NCBI GenBank assembly: GCA_964447495.1
Contig: CAYUTF010000001.1
Coordinates: forward strand, 1 to 64,000
Length of the DNA stretch: 64,000 nucleotides
Direction: 5' to 3'
Origin: an uncultured archaeon
GTDB lineage: Archaea; Asgardarchaeota; Lokiarchaeia; Sigyniarchaeales; SOKP01
Positions 48,050-58,822 of this stretch are shown here, piece after piece. The notes below the pieces were generated by a model. That model did not search any database, was not told the origin of the DNA, and saw only the letters and a program-made list of their open reading frames with translations. Made by a program: the position numbers and the translations under genes. How positions within the stretch are numbered: position 1 is the first letter of the stretch; each line of letters starts with the position of its first letter.

Positions 48050-49765
48050 ATGTCAAGTCCATATGTAAGTAGATTCTGGAAAAAAAATTGGGATCCAAAT
48101 GTCAAAGACATTGATCCGAAAGAATTTGACACTACGTATCCCGAAATGATAAAAGAAACCTTCAAAGAGTATTCTAATAAGATGGCATTAGAATATTTAG
48201 GAGTTGAGATTACTTTTAAGGAAGTAGATGAATACTCAAATCAATTTGCCCACATGTTAATTGATCATGGTTTTAAAAAGGGAGATGTAGTTGGTATTAA
48301 TTTGCCTAATACGCCTCAATATATAATTGCATTGGTTGGAACATTAAAAGCAGGATGTATCGTTTCTGGTGTCTCTCCGTTACTTTCAGCAGTTCAAATA
48401 CAATATCAAATTAATGATTTAGGATCTGGAGGAAAGCAAGTTGCTTTAATTACTCTTGACGCTATTTTTGCAGGGCACATTGTAAAAATAGCCGAGAAGA
48501 TGCCACAATTAAAGTTAGTGATTACTACAGGCGTCGCAAGTTTCTTACCTAAAATTAAACAAGTCTTAGGGAAGGCTCTTGGGAAAGTACCTAAAGGAAA
48601 AGTAACACCTCTGGAGGGAAAGACGGTAGTTGATCTTCATAAAGATGTATTTGGAAAGTATTCTAAAGATCCTGTAAACGTAGACATAAAGCCAGATGAT
48701 ATTGGTTGGATTCAATATACTGGAGGAACAACAGGACCTCCAAAAGGTGCAATGCTTAGCCACAGGAATTGTATATCAAATATGAAAAGTATCATTGCTT
48801 GGCTCCAATGGGAGCAAGGCAAAGGTACTTTATGCAGTGGCTTTCCGTACTTCCATATTGCTGGTTTAACGGTTTGTGAAAGTTCTCTTTCTGCGGGATT
48901 CGGGCAATTAGTAATTCCAAATCCAAGAGATACTGATCATATCGTTAAGGTGATGAAAAAATATCATCCAACAAATCTTGTGAATGTTCCATCTTTATAT
49001 CAAATGCTAATCAAGAATCCAAAATTTAGAGAAATAGATCATTCTCAATTAGGAACTTGTGTATCAGCCGCAGCGCCATTTCCAAAGGAATCTCAAGAAG
49101 AATTAGAAGATATTATCGGGGAAGGTAAATTATTGGAGCTTTATGGTATGACGGAATTATCACCCGTAGCAACCATGAACCCTTCATTAGGGAAAAAAAT
49201 TCTTGGAACTGTTGGATTACCTATACAAAATGTAGAGTTAAAATTGGTGGATCCGGATACCAGAAAAGAAGTTCCACTGGGAGAACCAGGTGAGATCTGT
49301 TGTCGCGGACCTTTAGTTATGAAAGGATACTACAATAAGCCAGAGGAAACAAAAAAAGCAATCGATGCAGATGGTTATATGCATAGCGGGGACGTTGGGG
49401 TAATGGATGAAAATGGATATGTAAGAATTGTTGACAGAACAAAAGACATGATAATTGTAGGTGGATATAAAGTATTCTCGACTAAAGTAGAAGATACTCT
49501 AATGAAACATCCTGCAATTGGAATGATTGCTCTAATTGGAGAGCCTAATCCTGATCGACCAGGTTCGGAAATAGTTAATGCGTATATACAGCTAAATCCC
49601 GACTATCCTTATGATGGTAATGAAGATAATTTAAAGAACGAAATCGAAACCTTTGCTAAAGAGCAGTGTGCTCCTTATGAAGTTCCAAAAAAGATTCATA
49701 TCATGAAGGAAATACCCTTAACCGCAGTAGGAAAGGTTGATAAGAAAGTATTACGTCAAAAATAA
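48050..49765 (+). CDS. Long-chain fatty acyl-CoA ligase (AMP-binding), paralog 1
   Basis: QYTGGTTGPPKG, YGMTE, SGD, VDRTKDMI and VGKVDKK. Confidence 0.9.
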   Translation: MSSPYVSRFWKKNWDPNVKDIDPKEFDTTYPEMIKETFKEYSNKMALEYLGVEITFKEVDEYSNQFAHMLIDHGFKKGDVVGINLPNTPQYIIALVGTLKAGCIVSGVSPLLSAVQIQYQINDLGSGGKQVALITLDAIFAGHIVKIAEKMPQLKLVITTGVASFLPKIKQVLGKALGKVPKGKVTPLEGKTVVDLHKDVFGKYSKDPVNVDIKPDDIGWIQYTGGTTGPPKGAMLSHRNCISNMKSIIAWLQWEQGKGTLCSGFPYFHIAGLTVCESSLSAGFGQLVIPNPRDTDHIVKVMKKYHPTNLVNVPSLYQMLIKNPKFREIDHSQLGTCVSAAAPFPKESQEELEDIIGEGKLLELYGMTELSPVATMNPSLGKKILGTVGLPIQNVELKLVDPDTRKEVPLGEPGEICCRGPLVMKGYYNKPEETKKAIDADGYMHSGDVGVMDENGYVRIVDRTKDMIIVGGYKVFSTKVEDTLMKHPAIGMIALIGEPNPDRPGSEIVNAYIQLNPDYPYDGNEDNLKNEIETFAKEQCAPYEVPKKIHIMKEIPLTAVGKVDKKVLRQK

Positions 49766-49975
49766 TTTACTTTAATTATTATTTTTTTTATTTTATTATT
49801 TTTAAATATTTGTTCATCTATAACTTAGAAACTATAAAATATTAAAATAAAAGATGGGCAAATTTTGGTTTTTTTTAATTTTTATGTTAATTAATTTTGA
49901 TTTTTAATAAATCTTTTTAATGAAATCCAACCTAATTAATATTACAAATTTTATTTAATAAAAAGTGACTAAATT

Positions 49976-51688
49976 ATGTCAAATCCGTATGAAACGAGAT
50001 TTTGGCGCGAAAATTGGGATAAAGGGCTCTCGGATTTAGATCCTAGTGTGTGGGAAACAACTTATGCGAATGCAGTAAGAGATACTTTCTTGTCTTTTCC
50101 TGATAAGATTGCTCTAGCATACCAAGGATTAGAAATAAGTTTTGCTGAAGTTGATAATTATTCTAATCAGTTTGCCAACATGTTAATAGAAAACGGTTTT
50201 AAGAAAGGTGATGTTGTAGGAATCAATTTAGCCAACATTCCGGAATATGTATATGCCCTTCTTGGAACTTTAAAGGCTGGTTGCATCGTATCTGGTGTAA
50301 GTCCTCTAATGTCCGAATTGCAAATGCATTATCAAATAAATGATTTAGGTTCTGGAGGAAAAAATGTTGCGTTAGTGACTTTAGATGCCATTTTCGAACA
50401 TCGTTTAACTAAAATTGCAGATAAATTACCACAACTTAAAATTGTTGTCGTGACAAGTGTTATTGGATCATTTGATAAAGAATCAAGAGAAAAGATCAAA
50501 GCTGTCAAGGAAATTCCTAGTGGTACGGTTACTCCACTTGAGGGGAAGAAAGTGTTAGATTTTCAAGATGATATACTGGCTAAATATTCAACTGCTTTAC
50601 CTAAAGTTGATATTAATCCTGAGGATATCGCGTTTATTCAATATACGGGTGGAACCACAGGACCACCTAAAGGAGCCATGCTTACACACCGTAATTGCGT
50701 TTCTGATCTGTTAATTGTTCAGACTTGGCTTGGATGGGAAAAAGGAAAAGGCATAGCATTATCAGGTTTTCCATTTTTCCATATCGCAGGGACATTCTTC
50801 TTGGAAAACTGTATCTATTTAGGTTGGACACAAGTATTAATACCAGACCCCCGAGATGCATTACATATATGCAACGAAATTAAGAAATATCAACCAACTG
50901 CTCTTGTAAATGTACCCTCATTATATCAGATCTTAATAAATTTTCGCAAGTTTAAAAGATTAGACCATTCGAAGGTAGAAGTATGCATTTCTGCAGCTTC
51001 ACCCTTTCCAGTAGAATCTCAAAAGGCACTCGAAGGTATTGTAGGGGAGGGTAAATTATTAGAAGTGTATGGTATGACTGAAACGTCGCCACTCACTACG
51101 ATGAATCCGATGTGGGGCAAGCGCATGCTTGGTTCGATTGGCTTACCATTATTAAATACAGAACTAAAACTGATGGATCCTGAATCGGGTAATTTGGTAC
51201 CCTTAGGAGAACCAGGGGAGATCTGCGTGCGAGGGGCTATGGTAATGAAAGGTTATTATAACAAACCTGAAGAGACGGCTAAAGCGATTGATGCAGATGG
51301 CTTTATGCACACTGGTGATATTGGGGTAATGGATGAGGAGGGCTATTTAAAAATAGTTGATAGGACCAAAGATATGATAATTGTGGGAGGGTTTAAGGTA
51401 TTTTCAGCGAAAGTTGAAGATACCCTAGTTAAGCACCCCGCTGTCGGTATAGTAGCTTTAATTGGCGTTCCGAATCCCGATAGACCTGGTTCTGAAATTG
51501 TTAAAGCATATATCCAATTGAATCCGGATTATGAATATGATGGCAATGAGGCAACTTTAAGAGAAGATATAATAGCTTTTGCGAAGGAGAATTGCGCGCC
51601 TTATGAAGTACCAAAAATAATAGAAATTTCGAAAGAGTTACCTCTTACGACTGTAGGGAAGATAGATAAGAAGATTCTTCGAAATTAA
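49976..51688 (+). CDS. Long-chain fatty acyl-CoA ligase (AMP-binding), paralog 2
   Basis: Same motifs (QYTGGTTGPPKG, YGMTE, TGD) and colinear similarity to the upstream gene. Confidence 0.9.
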   Translation: MSNPYETRFWRENWDKGLSDLDPSVWETTYANAVRDTFLSFPDKIALAYQGLEISFAEVDNYSNQFANMLIENGFKKGDVVGINLANIPEYVYALLGTLKAGCIVSGVSPLMSELQMHYQINDLGSGGKNVALVTLDAIFEHRLTKIADKLPQLKIVVVTSVIGSFDKESREKIKAVKEIPSGTVTPLEGKKVLDFQDDILAKYSTALPKVDINPEDIAFIQYTGGTTGPPKGAMLTHRNCVSDLLIVQTWLGWEKGKGIALSGFPFFHIAGTFFLENCIYLGWTQVLIPDPRDALHICNEIKKYQPTALVNVPSLYQILINFRKFKRLDHSKVEVCISAASPFPVESQKALEGIVGEGKLLEVYGMTETSPLTTMNPMWGKRMLGSIGLPLLNTELKLMDPESGNLVPLGEPGEICVRGAMVMKGYYNKPEETAKAIDADGFMHTGDIGVMDEEGYLKIVDRTKDMIIVGGFKVFSAKVEDTLVKHPAVGIVALIGVPNPDRPGSEIVKAYIQLNPDYEYDGNEATLREDIIAFAKENCAPYEVPKIIEISKELPLTTVGKIDKKILRN

Positions 51689-51831
51689 AAATATTTTAAT
51701 AACTCTCTTTTTTTTGTTAAAAAATGTTAAGATTTAACCCTATATATAAATGGAGTATAACCTAATTCCCGAATAAATGCTAATTTTTAAAATCTGTAAA
51801 CCAATATAAGATAAATAAGGAGTAAAACAGA

Positions 51832-51969
51832 ATGAAGAAGGAAACAACGTTAAAATGTGGGTTTTGTAATAAAGAATTAGAGAAAGAGAATATCATTAGT
51901 GTTAAATGGGGAGTCCATACGTTACTCAAATGTACCTATTGTAATGCTATCCTAGGAGTAGCATATTAG
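51832..51969 (+). CDS. Zinc-finger microprotein (45 aa, 2x CxxC)
   Basis: Manual translation MKKETTLKCGFCNKELEKENIISVKWGVHTLLKCTYCNAILGVAY*; AAGGAG SD at 51817-51822. Confidence 0.75.
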   Translation: MKKETTLKCGFCNKELEKENIISVKWGVHTLLKCTYCNAILGVAY

Positions 51970-51993
51970 GAGGGCCTTTTAGAATTTTAATTT

Positions 51994-52524
51994 TTAATTA
52001 TTATTATAAATCGTATGGAAACCAGGACACACTTTCCAATTAGCGTTATATTCACAATTTTTACATGTTTTTAGAAAATTATAGGCATGGTATCCATTCA
52101 AAATTACGATGAGTATCCCGAATATTAATATAAAATTAAGGAGATTAACAAAAATATTAGAAGAAAACGTCCATATCCACCAAAATAGAAAAACTGAGCC
52201 TATTCCGATGAAAAATTTCTGTATTATTTTGACAGCTTTTATCTTTGTCAGATTTAGCGGACTAAGTATAAAAAAAGAAAAAAAAATTATCCCAAATAAT
52301 AAAAGAGTTGTTGAATTAAATAGAAGATAAATTTTAAATACGTGAAATAATACAATACCAATTATTGCAGTTGGATATCCAATATAACATCCAATACAAA
52401 ATCTCAAGGTCCCTATTTTTATAGTGTGATTCTTATATTCATCACATTCTGGGTGGTGACTTAATAAAATGCGTTTATATTTACGGAAATTAGATTTTAA
52501 TGAGTTCTTTTTTTGATTTTGCAT
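51994..52524 (-). CDS. Membrane protein with putative metal-binding His/Cys motifs (DUF2085-like)
   Basis: LSHHPEC...H...FCIGC, 4 TM helices and C-terminal CKNC...CPG. Confidence 0.6.
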   Translation of the reverse strand: MQNQKKNSLKSNFRKYKRILLSHHPECDEYKNHTIKIGTLRFCIGCYIGYPTAIIGIVLFHVFKIYLLFNSTTLLLFGIIFFSFFILSPLNLTKIKAVKIIQKFFIGIGSVFLFWWIWTFSSNIFVNLLNFILIFGILIVILNGYHAYNFLKTCKNCEYNANWKVCPGFHTIYNNN

Positions 52525-52571
52525 AAGACTTGACCATTAAATTTACCATTCAACTCTTTTATTCATATCAC

Positions 52572-53345
52572 TTAGTCTTTCATAACGTTTATTACGGTCT
52601 CAACAATTAAAGGAAACACGTCACCTATTTTATCATGGATTACCACTTCTGCGTACTTGTCAATATGTGTTTCTTGGATGTTGATTATGACTAATTTCGC
52701 TCCAACCGCTAATGCCTTATCTGGATATGACGCTACGGGATAAACTAGTAAAGAGCTTCCAAGAATAATTAGCAAATCGCAGTCATTAATCATTTGATCT
52801 GCTTTGATCAAGGTCTCTGAGAGTAAAGGTTCTCCAAAAAAGATTGCATTTGGCTTCAATAACCCATGGCATACTTCACATGATGGAGAATAATTGCCTT
52901 GCAAAACTTGATTTATCATTGAGGTTATGGGGTAAACTTTATGGCATCTCAAGCATTTCGATTCGTTAGCAGTTCCATGTAATTCAACTATATTCTTTGA
53001 ATGAGCTTTTTGGTGAATTCCATCAATATTTTGAGTGAGAATACCTTTTACTTTCCCCAGTTTCTGTAATTTTGTTATTGCTTTATGTCCCTTATTCGGT
53101 TTTGCACGAAATATATTCATACCCATTTCAAGCATAAATTTTAGGTTTTTAGAAGTATTTGCAATATAGGAATTCACGCTTCCGAATTCATAAGGGTCAA
53201 CTTTTTCCCACAAACCGGTACCGGGTGATCTAAAATCAGCAATCCCTGATTCGGTACTCATACCGGCCCCAGTTAATATCACTATAGCCTGTGATTTAAG
53301 TATTAATTCAGCAACTTTTTGGATTTTTTCATCTAACTCATTCAT
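52572..53345 (-). CDS. cobB: NAD-dependent protein deacylase (sirtuin)
   Basis: LTGAGMSTESGIADFRS, TQNIDG.HQ, ELHG, 2x CxxC, FGE and GSSL.VYP. Confidence 0.92.
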   Translation of the reverse strand: MNELDEKIQKVAELILKSQAIVILTGAGMSTESGIADFRSPGTGLWEKVDPYEFGSVNSYIANTSKNLKFMLEMGMNIFRAKPNKGHKAITKLQKLGKVKGILTQNIDGIHQKAHSKNIVELHGTANESKCLRCHKVYPITSMINQVLQGNYSPSCEVCHGLLKPNAIFFGEPLLSETLIKADQMINDCDLLIILGSSLLVYPVASYPDKALAVGAKLVIINIQETHIDKYAEVVIHDKIGDVFPLIVETVINVMKD

Positions 53346-53477
53346 AATTCGCAATTCTCTAAAATTATTATAGACTTGCTTAAAAAATAGAAAAAATATT
53401 TAATACTATTATTTTTATTTAGTGATTATAGTATAATAATATAATTCACTAAATTAATTCTTTAAATTCATAACACC

Positions 53478-54023
53478 ATGCAAGCATTAAAGTCCTATAT
53501 CTATAAGATCTGCGTCGTGGGCAACGGAGGTGTTGGGAAGACTTCTATGGTATTGAGGTATTGCGAAAATTCCTTTAAAGATAATTATATAATGACAATT
53601 GGGTCAAATTTCTCAACCAAGACAGTATACCTTCAGGATTACCCCCAGTTCCAGGTAAAACTTCAGATTTGGGACCTTGCGGGCCAAAAACATTTCAGTT
53701 TTGTACGACCTCCATTTTATAGGGGGGCTACGGGAATAATTTACGTATTTGATTTGACAAGAAGATCTTCTTTTGCAGATCTAAATGAATGGAAAAGCGA
53801 GGTTGAAAAAGTAGTTGGACAGAAGACCAGTCTCTTAGTGGGAAATAAAATCGATTTAGCAAGGATAGGGAAAAGAGAAGTGGCAAATCAAGATGGAGAG
53901 GCGTTTAAAAATGAACTTAATGCTAAGAAGTATTTCGAAACCAGTGCTAAAGAAGGAGATTCTGTAGAAGAGGTGTTTAAGCTACTCACTTTAGAAATTT
54001 TGAGACGTTCTGGAAAAATTTAG
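53478..54023 (+). CDS. Rab-like small GTPase (eukaryotic signature protein)
   Basis: GNGGVGKTS, TIG..F, WDLAGQ, FYRGA, GNKID and ETSAK; no C-terminal Cys. Confidence 0.92.
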   Translation: MQALKSYIYKICVVGNGGVGKTSMVLRYCENSFKDNYIMTIGSNFSTKTVYLQDYPQFQVKLQIWDLAGQKHFSFVRPPFYRGATGIIYVFDLTRRSSFADLNEWKSEVEKVVGQKTSLLVGNKIDLARIGKREVANQDGEAFKNELNAKKYFETSAKEGDSVEEVFKLLTLEILRRSGKI

Positions 54024-54135
54024 GAATTAATTTGTTATAAACATTAAATTCTTATTTATTAATTAATTGTTAAATATTAATTATTTTAGAACTAAAAATG
54101 GATTATAGTAATTTTAGGAGTTTGAGAATTAAATT

Positions 54136-54858
54136 ATGATTGGTGGCGGACAAGTTAAATATGATAGAGCCCTTACTGTATTCTCTCCCGAGGGTCGCTT
54201 ATTCCAAGTAGAGTATGCTTTAGAAGCTGTTCGGCGAGGAACCTTAGCAGTTGCAGTAAAATCTAAAGATAGTGTAGCTCTTGCGGCGCAAATTAAAATT
54301 CCATCAAAATTAATGGATGCTGACGAAATTGATAAATTATTTCAAGTAGATGAGCATATTGGCGTAGCAATTTCTGGGTTACATGCCGATTCCCGAATGC
54401 TTATTAATTATGCGCGTGTGCAAGCTCAATCTTTCAGATTAACCTACGATGAGCCAGTTCGACTTAATATGTTGGTTAAGTCTATCGCCGATATTAAACA
54501 ACAATACACACAATTTGGCGGAATAAGACCTTTTGGTTGTGCTCTATTCTTTATTGCTATTGATCCTGCAGGAACACAGATTTATACTACATCACCAAGT
54601 GGAATATATCGTTCCTTTAAAAGCTATGCGTTAGGAAGTGGAGAGGCGAAAGCAAGAGAATATCTTAAAGAACATTACAAACCAGGATTGAGTTTTGCCG
54701 AAGTAGTAAATTTAACTCTTAACGCATTAAAAGAATCTATTGATGAAGAAGCAACAAAGGAAAATATTCGCTTAGCATACATTAAATCTGAAGATAAAAT
54801 GTTTCATATGTGCAATAAAGAAGAAATAGAACAATATTTAGCCAATTTAAATAAATAA
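54136..54858 (+). CDS. psmA: Proteasome alpha subunit
   Basis: YDRALTVFSPEGRLFQVEYA, YTQFGGIRPFG and ALGSG. Confidence 0.95.
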   Translation: MIGGGQVKYDRALTVFSPEGRLFQVEYALEAVRRGTLAVAVKSKDSVALAAQIKIPSKLMDADEIDKLFQVDEHIGVAISGLHADSRMLINYARVQAQSFRLTYDEPVRLNMLVKSIADIKQQYTQFGGIRPFGCALFFIAIDPAGTQIYTTSPSGIYRSFKSYALGSGEAKAREYLKEHYKPGLSFAEVVNLTLNALKESIDEEATKENIRLAYIKSEDKMFHMCNKEEIEQYLANLNK

Positions 54859-54937
54859 TTGTACTACTTATAGAATTTTCCTTTTTAAATTAGCCTTTTC
54901 TTCTAATACTTAAGATAAAAGAAAAATTAAAAAAAAA

Positions 54938-57900
54938 TTAAGTTAGAACTGTTAAGATACTTATACTTGATGTATATAAGACAAAACCATCGACGATTAA
55001 AGTCCATCTAAATCTTACAATTATATCTCCAACAGAAGACTCCAGTAACCCGTTTAATCCGATAATTTCCCCTGAATTTAAATCAATACTATCAATTAGT
55101 GTAAAGTTAACAGCGTAGTATTGGATTGAACCTTGCATAAATGTATAAGAGAAATTTGAGGTCGTATAAGCTGGTGGGACTTGGATGGAGAAATCAACGC
55201 CTGGAACTGCTGTATAAAGTGTTAAGTTGACTTGGATGTTTTGTATTGGTGGTGCGGAAAAGTTGGTGTTAAAGTTTTCTAAAAATATTCGAAAAGTTGC
55301 TGGATGAGACGGATAAGTCATTGAATCATCTAATTCGAAGTCGAATGAAATTGGTAACAGTATAATATTAACTGTTATATTGTTTGAATTCCTCGTACCA
55401 TATTTATTTTTTGCGATAACATAGAAATTATAAGTACCATCCGTCAAGTCAGTAATTTGGAAATTTCTTTGAGATACAGATAAATCCTCAGCAATTAATG
55501 TATTATTTTGATATACAGAATACGTATCTGCAAAATTAGATGCGGACCAATTTAAAATGAAGTTGCCATCAATATCAGGGTTTCCAGCATTAGAGAACAG
55601 TGAAAAAGTGCCTGGAGGAAAATTCTCTAAATCATAATATGCATCGTATGCATCAACGCCATACCCTACTTCCCTAGTAAAAGCTTCGACAAATCCGGCT
55701 AATTGTAATTCTTGTAGACCTTCCACATTACTATACGTAGGAATATAATAGTAAATTGAGCCCCCGAGAGGATAAATTAAGGTATTTCCATTCCGTCTAT
55801 CAATTACCGTAAAAAGTCGCTGACTAGCTTCAGATGTATATGTATCTCTTGCTGTTTTAGGTCCAATAAGTTTATCTTGTGAAGTTCGTGTGCTATAAAA
55901 TATAGCTTCTCCAAAGTGACTCCCATGTCTTACAAAATACATCCCAGCTAAAGTTCTTGCTTCTAATCCTTGATATTCAACTAAATCTAATCCAACATAT
56001 TCAATACCTTCTCCTAAATCTGTTTCAATATAGAATAAATCTCCATCTTCGGGTCTTTCTTGAAAATCATCAGCTCTTCTCCACGTTGTAGGATTATCTA
56101 CGTGATAAATATAATTTGCTTCAAGCTGTGTTTCGAATAAATCTTCGGGATATCTTAGTTGCTGCCTAAGCCAAGAGGGAGTGTCTTGCCAATCATACTT
56201 TTGTAGATACACTTGCCAAAGTAAATATGTAGGATCACTTAAAGTAGCAAGATTAGGGTTTTTGTAAAATTCCATTTCGCCAGTCAGCACATCAATTAGA
56301 GATATTCCAAGAAAGCGTAAAATAGGAAATCTCGCGTATGATCCAATCCTAAGTGAAGTATATATTGACACGGCATAATACATTTTCCCATTAAGACTAT
56401 CAAAAACGAGATAAGGGTCACTATCAATTGTCAATCCTGGAAGGAGTATTGCAGAAACTCTGTCTTTAACATTACGATTTATTAAATAATAATGTTCTTC
56501 TTGAAATACATACCCCCATAATCCAAAACTTGCAGTATACCAGAAGCTTTCTAAGCCAGTAAGCATTCCGTCAGGTTCTCCAGTATAGTTATATTTATTA
56601 TTTGGTATTGCATTACCCCATTCAGTACCAAGGAGTATACCATTATCATACGCACCTAAACTACTATATTCACCTTGTTGCTCTAAAAATCGTCGACTTT
56701 CAGATTCACCGAAAAATATAGGATAATTCTCGGAGACTCCAAAAATTTCTGATACATTGACTAATTTTCCTGATGAAGAATTTAATGCTAAAAATCCTTC
56801 AACATGATCATATAATTGAGTATGAGTAGCCACAGAATCTCCTTCGAATTGTGAGAGTCTCACTGTTTTTGGGGCGACCCAATATTCTCCTCCATTGAAG
56901 TAGACAATATCGGAATCTGCGAGACCTTCAAAGGTAGTTCCTATTTTTGCCGCGATGAATTGAACCGCATAATCTTGATCGTACTGACGAATTTGATGAA
57001 GTATGTCAGCATCAGAAGTATTAGATGTTAACTTAGATAACGTAAAATTCTCAATAGGTCTATCCTCAAACATATCTAAACCCGCGCAATCTGAAGTCCA
57101 TTGGACTTCTCTTAGATTTTTTCTGGTCCACTGTTGATCAATCCATACATCAGTTTTATTAAGGTTAATATAGGAGCCAATACTGATAAATAATGGAATT
57201 ATAACTAAAATTGTTAACACTACTCCAATGAACCCCAATTTTTTCCATTTATCCCTTTTAATCATATATTTACCTGAATCTTTCGAATAGATTAATCTAC
57301 CAAAAATGTATACGAAAGCACCTACTGCGATTAAACCAATGAATCCAAATATTAGTGACCAGCTTTGAGTGATGCTTATACCATCTAAAGATAGGGTTGG
57401 CAAGCCAAAGAATCCAATTCCCAATAACAATCCAATTATGATTATAATGTTAGATAAAACATAATAGTCATTTCTTCTTAGGTAAAAATTTTTCGCAATA
57501 TTTAGTACTGCACGAAAAATTAATACCATGAGAATAAAATTTATAATTGGTATGATTAAATTGCTATAGATAAAAATTGTCGTAAAATCTTTACTCGTAG
57601 GGTTGAATAGGACATTAAAAGCATCTGTAAGGATAGTGGGGGATATTTGTAATTCTCCATTTTCAAGTAAATAAATTACCCATGAAAAACCTTGATTATT
57701 GGAATCTAATAAAAATCCAAATAAATAGAAAACTACGAATCCTATTGTCCACCAAAATATTATTGATTTTAAATAAGAAGGTTTTCCAAACCTTAATTTT
57801 GTACCGATAATACTCAGCAGGATTTTATCTGGAGGTAGACTCATAATTGTACTTCCAATTAAAGCTCCAATTAATGCAGTCTTATTAAAGAAGAATTTCG

Positions 57901-58135
57901 TCGACCAAAAGTTAAGAAGATAAATATCCACGAAATTTGTATCTGCTTTATTTTGATATAATTGTATTTGAAGGTTTATAGGTCCAAACCATGAAGGTAT
58001 CAACCAAACAAAGATAAGGATAAGAGCAATTATGATAATTGGAACGGAATAAAGTAGATATTTTCTCAAATGTGGTTTCTTTTTTAATGGTTTGTAATCA
58101 AATCTTCCATCTTTTCTATTAATATTGTTTACCAT
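54938..58135 (-). CDS. UPF0182-family membrane protein with C-terminal fibronectin-III/Ig-like domains
   Basis: N-terminal TM bundle; PIFFGE, RNVKDRV, DSDPYLV and QLRYPEDLF..Q..Y..YHV motifs; C-terminal LNWS...Y.VY...ITDL..GTY.FYV.A.N.YG Fn3 pattern. Confidence 0.8.
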   Translation of the reverse strand: MVNNINRKDGRFDYKPLKKKPHLRKYLLYSVPIIIIALILIFVWLIPSWFGPINLQIQLYQNKADTNFVDIYLLNFWSTKFFFNKTALIGALIGSTIMSLPPDKILLSIIGTKLRFGKPSYLKSIIFWWTIGFVVFYLFGFLLDSNNQGFSWVIYLLENGELQISPTILTDAFNVLFNPTSKDFTTIFIYSNLIIPIINFILMVLIFRAVLNIAKNFYLRRNDYYVLSNIIIIIGLLLGIGFFGLPTLSLDGISITQSWSLIFGFIGLIAVGAFVYIFGRLIYSKDSGKYMIKRDKWKKLGFIGVVLTILVIIPLFISIGSYINLNKTDVWIDQQWTRKNLREVQWTSDCAGLDMFEDRPIENFTLSKLTSNTSDADILHQIRQYDQDYAVQFIAAKIGTTFEGLADSDIVYFNGGEYWVAPKTVRLSQFEGDSVATHTQLYDHVEGFLALNSSSGKLVNVSEIFGVSENYPIFFGESESRRFLEQQGEYSSLGAYDNGILLGTEWGNAIPNNKYNYTGEPDGMLTGLESFWYTASFGLWGYVFQEEHYYLINRNVKDRVSAILLPGLTIDSDPYLVFDSLNGKMYYAVSIYTSLRIGSYARFPILRFLGISLIDVLTGEMEFYKNPNLATLSDPTYLLWQVYLQKYDWQDTPSWLRQQLRYPEDLFETQLEANYIYHVDNPTTWRRADDFQERPEDGDLFYIETDLGEGIEYVGLDLVEYQGLEARTLAGMYFVRHGSHFGEAIFYSTRTSQDKLIGPKTARDTYTSEASQRLFTVIDRRNGNTLIYPLGGSIYYYIPTYSNVEGLQELQLAGFVEAFTREVGYGVDAYDAYYDLENFPPGTFSLFSNAGNPDIDGNFILNWSASNFADTYSVYQNNTLIAEDLSVSQRNFQITDLTDGTYNFYVIAKNKYGTRNSNNITVNIILLPISFDFELDDSMTYPSHPATFRIFLENFNTNFSAPPIQNIQVNLTLYTAVPGVDFSIQVPPAYTTSNFSYTFMQGSIQYYAVNFTLIDSIDLNSGEIIGLNGLLESSVGDIIVRFRWTLIVDGFVLYTSSISILTVLT

Positions 58136-58289
58136 AGAAATTCAATTATTTATTTTATTTTTTATACTTAAAATTAAAAATATTAACTAACATTAGATTC
58201 TATAATGATTAGAAAATTATAAAATGCTTTAATATTAGAAACAACTACCCTTATTAAGGATTTTTCTTATATTATTAACGTGAATTAAT

Positions 58290-58682
58290 ATGGCTAAAAA
58301 AAAGAAAATCAGAGAGGAATTTGATACTATTTTCAAAAGTGGTAATGAAAAAGCCATTAAGAAGATGTTAGATAAATACCCTTGGTTATTATCAGAAGTA
58401 TCAAGTGAAATGGAAAAAGATATGGGAGAACAACAAAAAGTTATCGCAGCTTTAGGAGTTATGGAAGATGAACTTGGTGGAACTGTTCCTGTTGATGAAG
58501 TAGTATTTAGTTTAAAAGTAGACTTTAATGCTCGCCTTACTGAGGAGGAAGTATTGAAAGTTTTAAAGGATGTAGAAGAATTAGGTTTAGCAAAAAGGGA
58601 TGAAGACGGTTGGATTTTAACTCGTGAGGGGGGTAAGATTTGTGATGATTATTTAAATAAAAATTTAGAAAATTATTCTTAA
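58290..58682 (+). CDS. Hypothetical protein with a C-terminal winged helix
   Basis: EEVLKVLKDVEELGLA...GWILTREG pattern. Confidence 0.65.
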   Translation: MAKKKKIREEFDTIFKSGNEKAIKKMLDKYPWLLSEVSSEMEKDMGEQQKVIAALGVMEDELGGTVPVDEVVFSLKVDFNARLTEEEVLKVLKDVEELGLAKRDEDGWILTREGGKICDDYLNKNLENYS

Positions 58683-58822
58683 TACAGAAAAGAGGGCTGT
58701 ATTTTAAAATTTTAACTTACTCATATTACATTCAATTTACGTAGTATTTTTTGAAAATTATATTTATTATGATATTTAGTTTAGAGCATATTTTTTTGTA
58801 TTTTGATATTTTAAAATAATTC

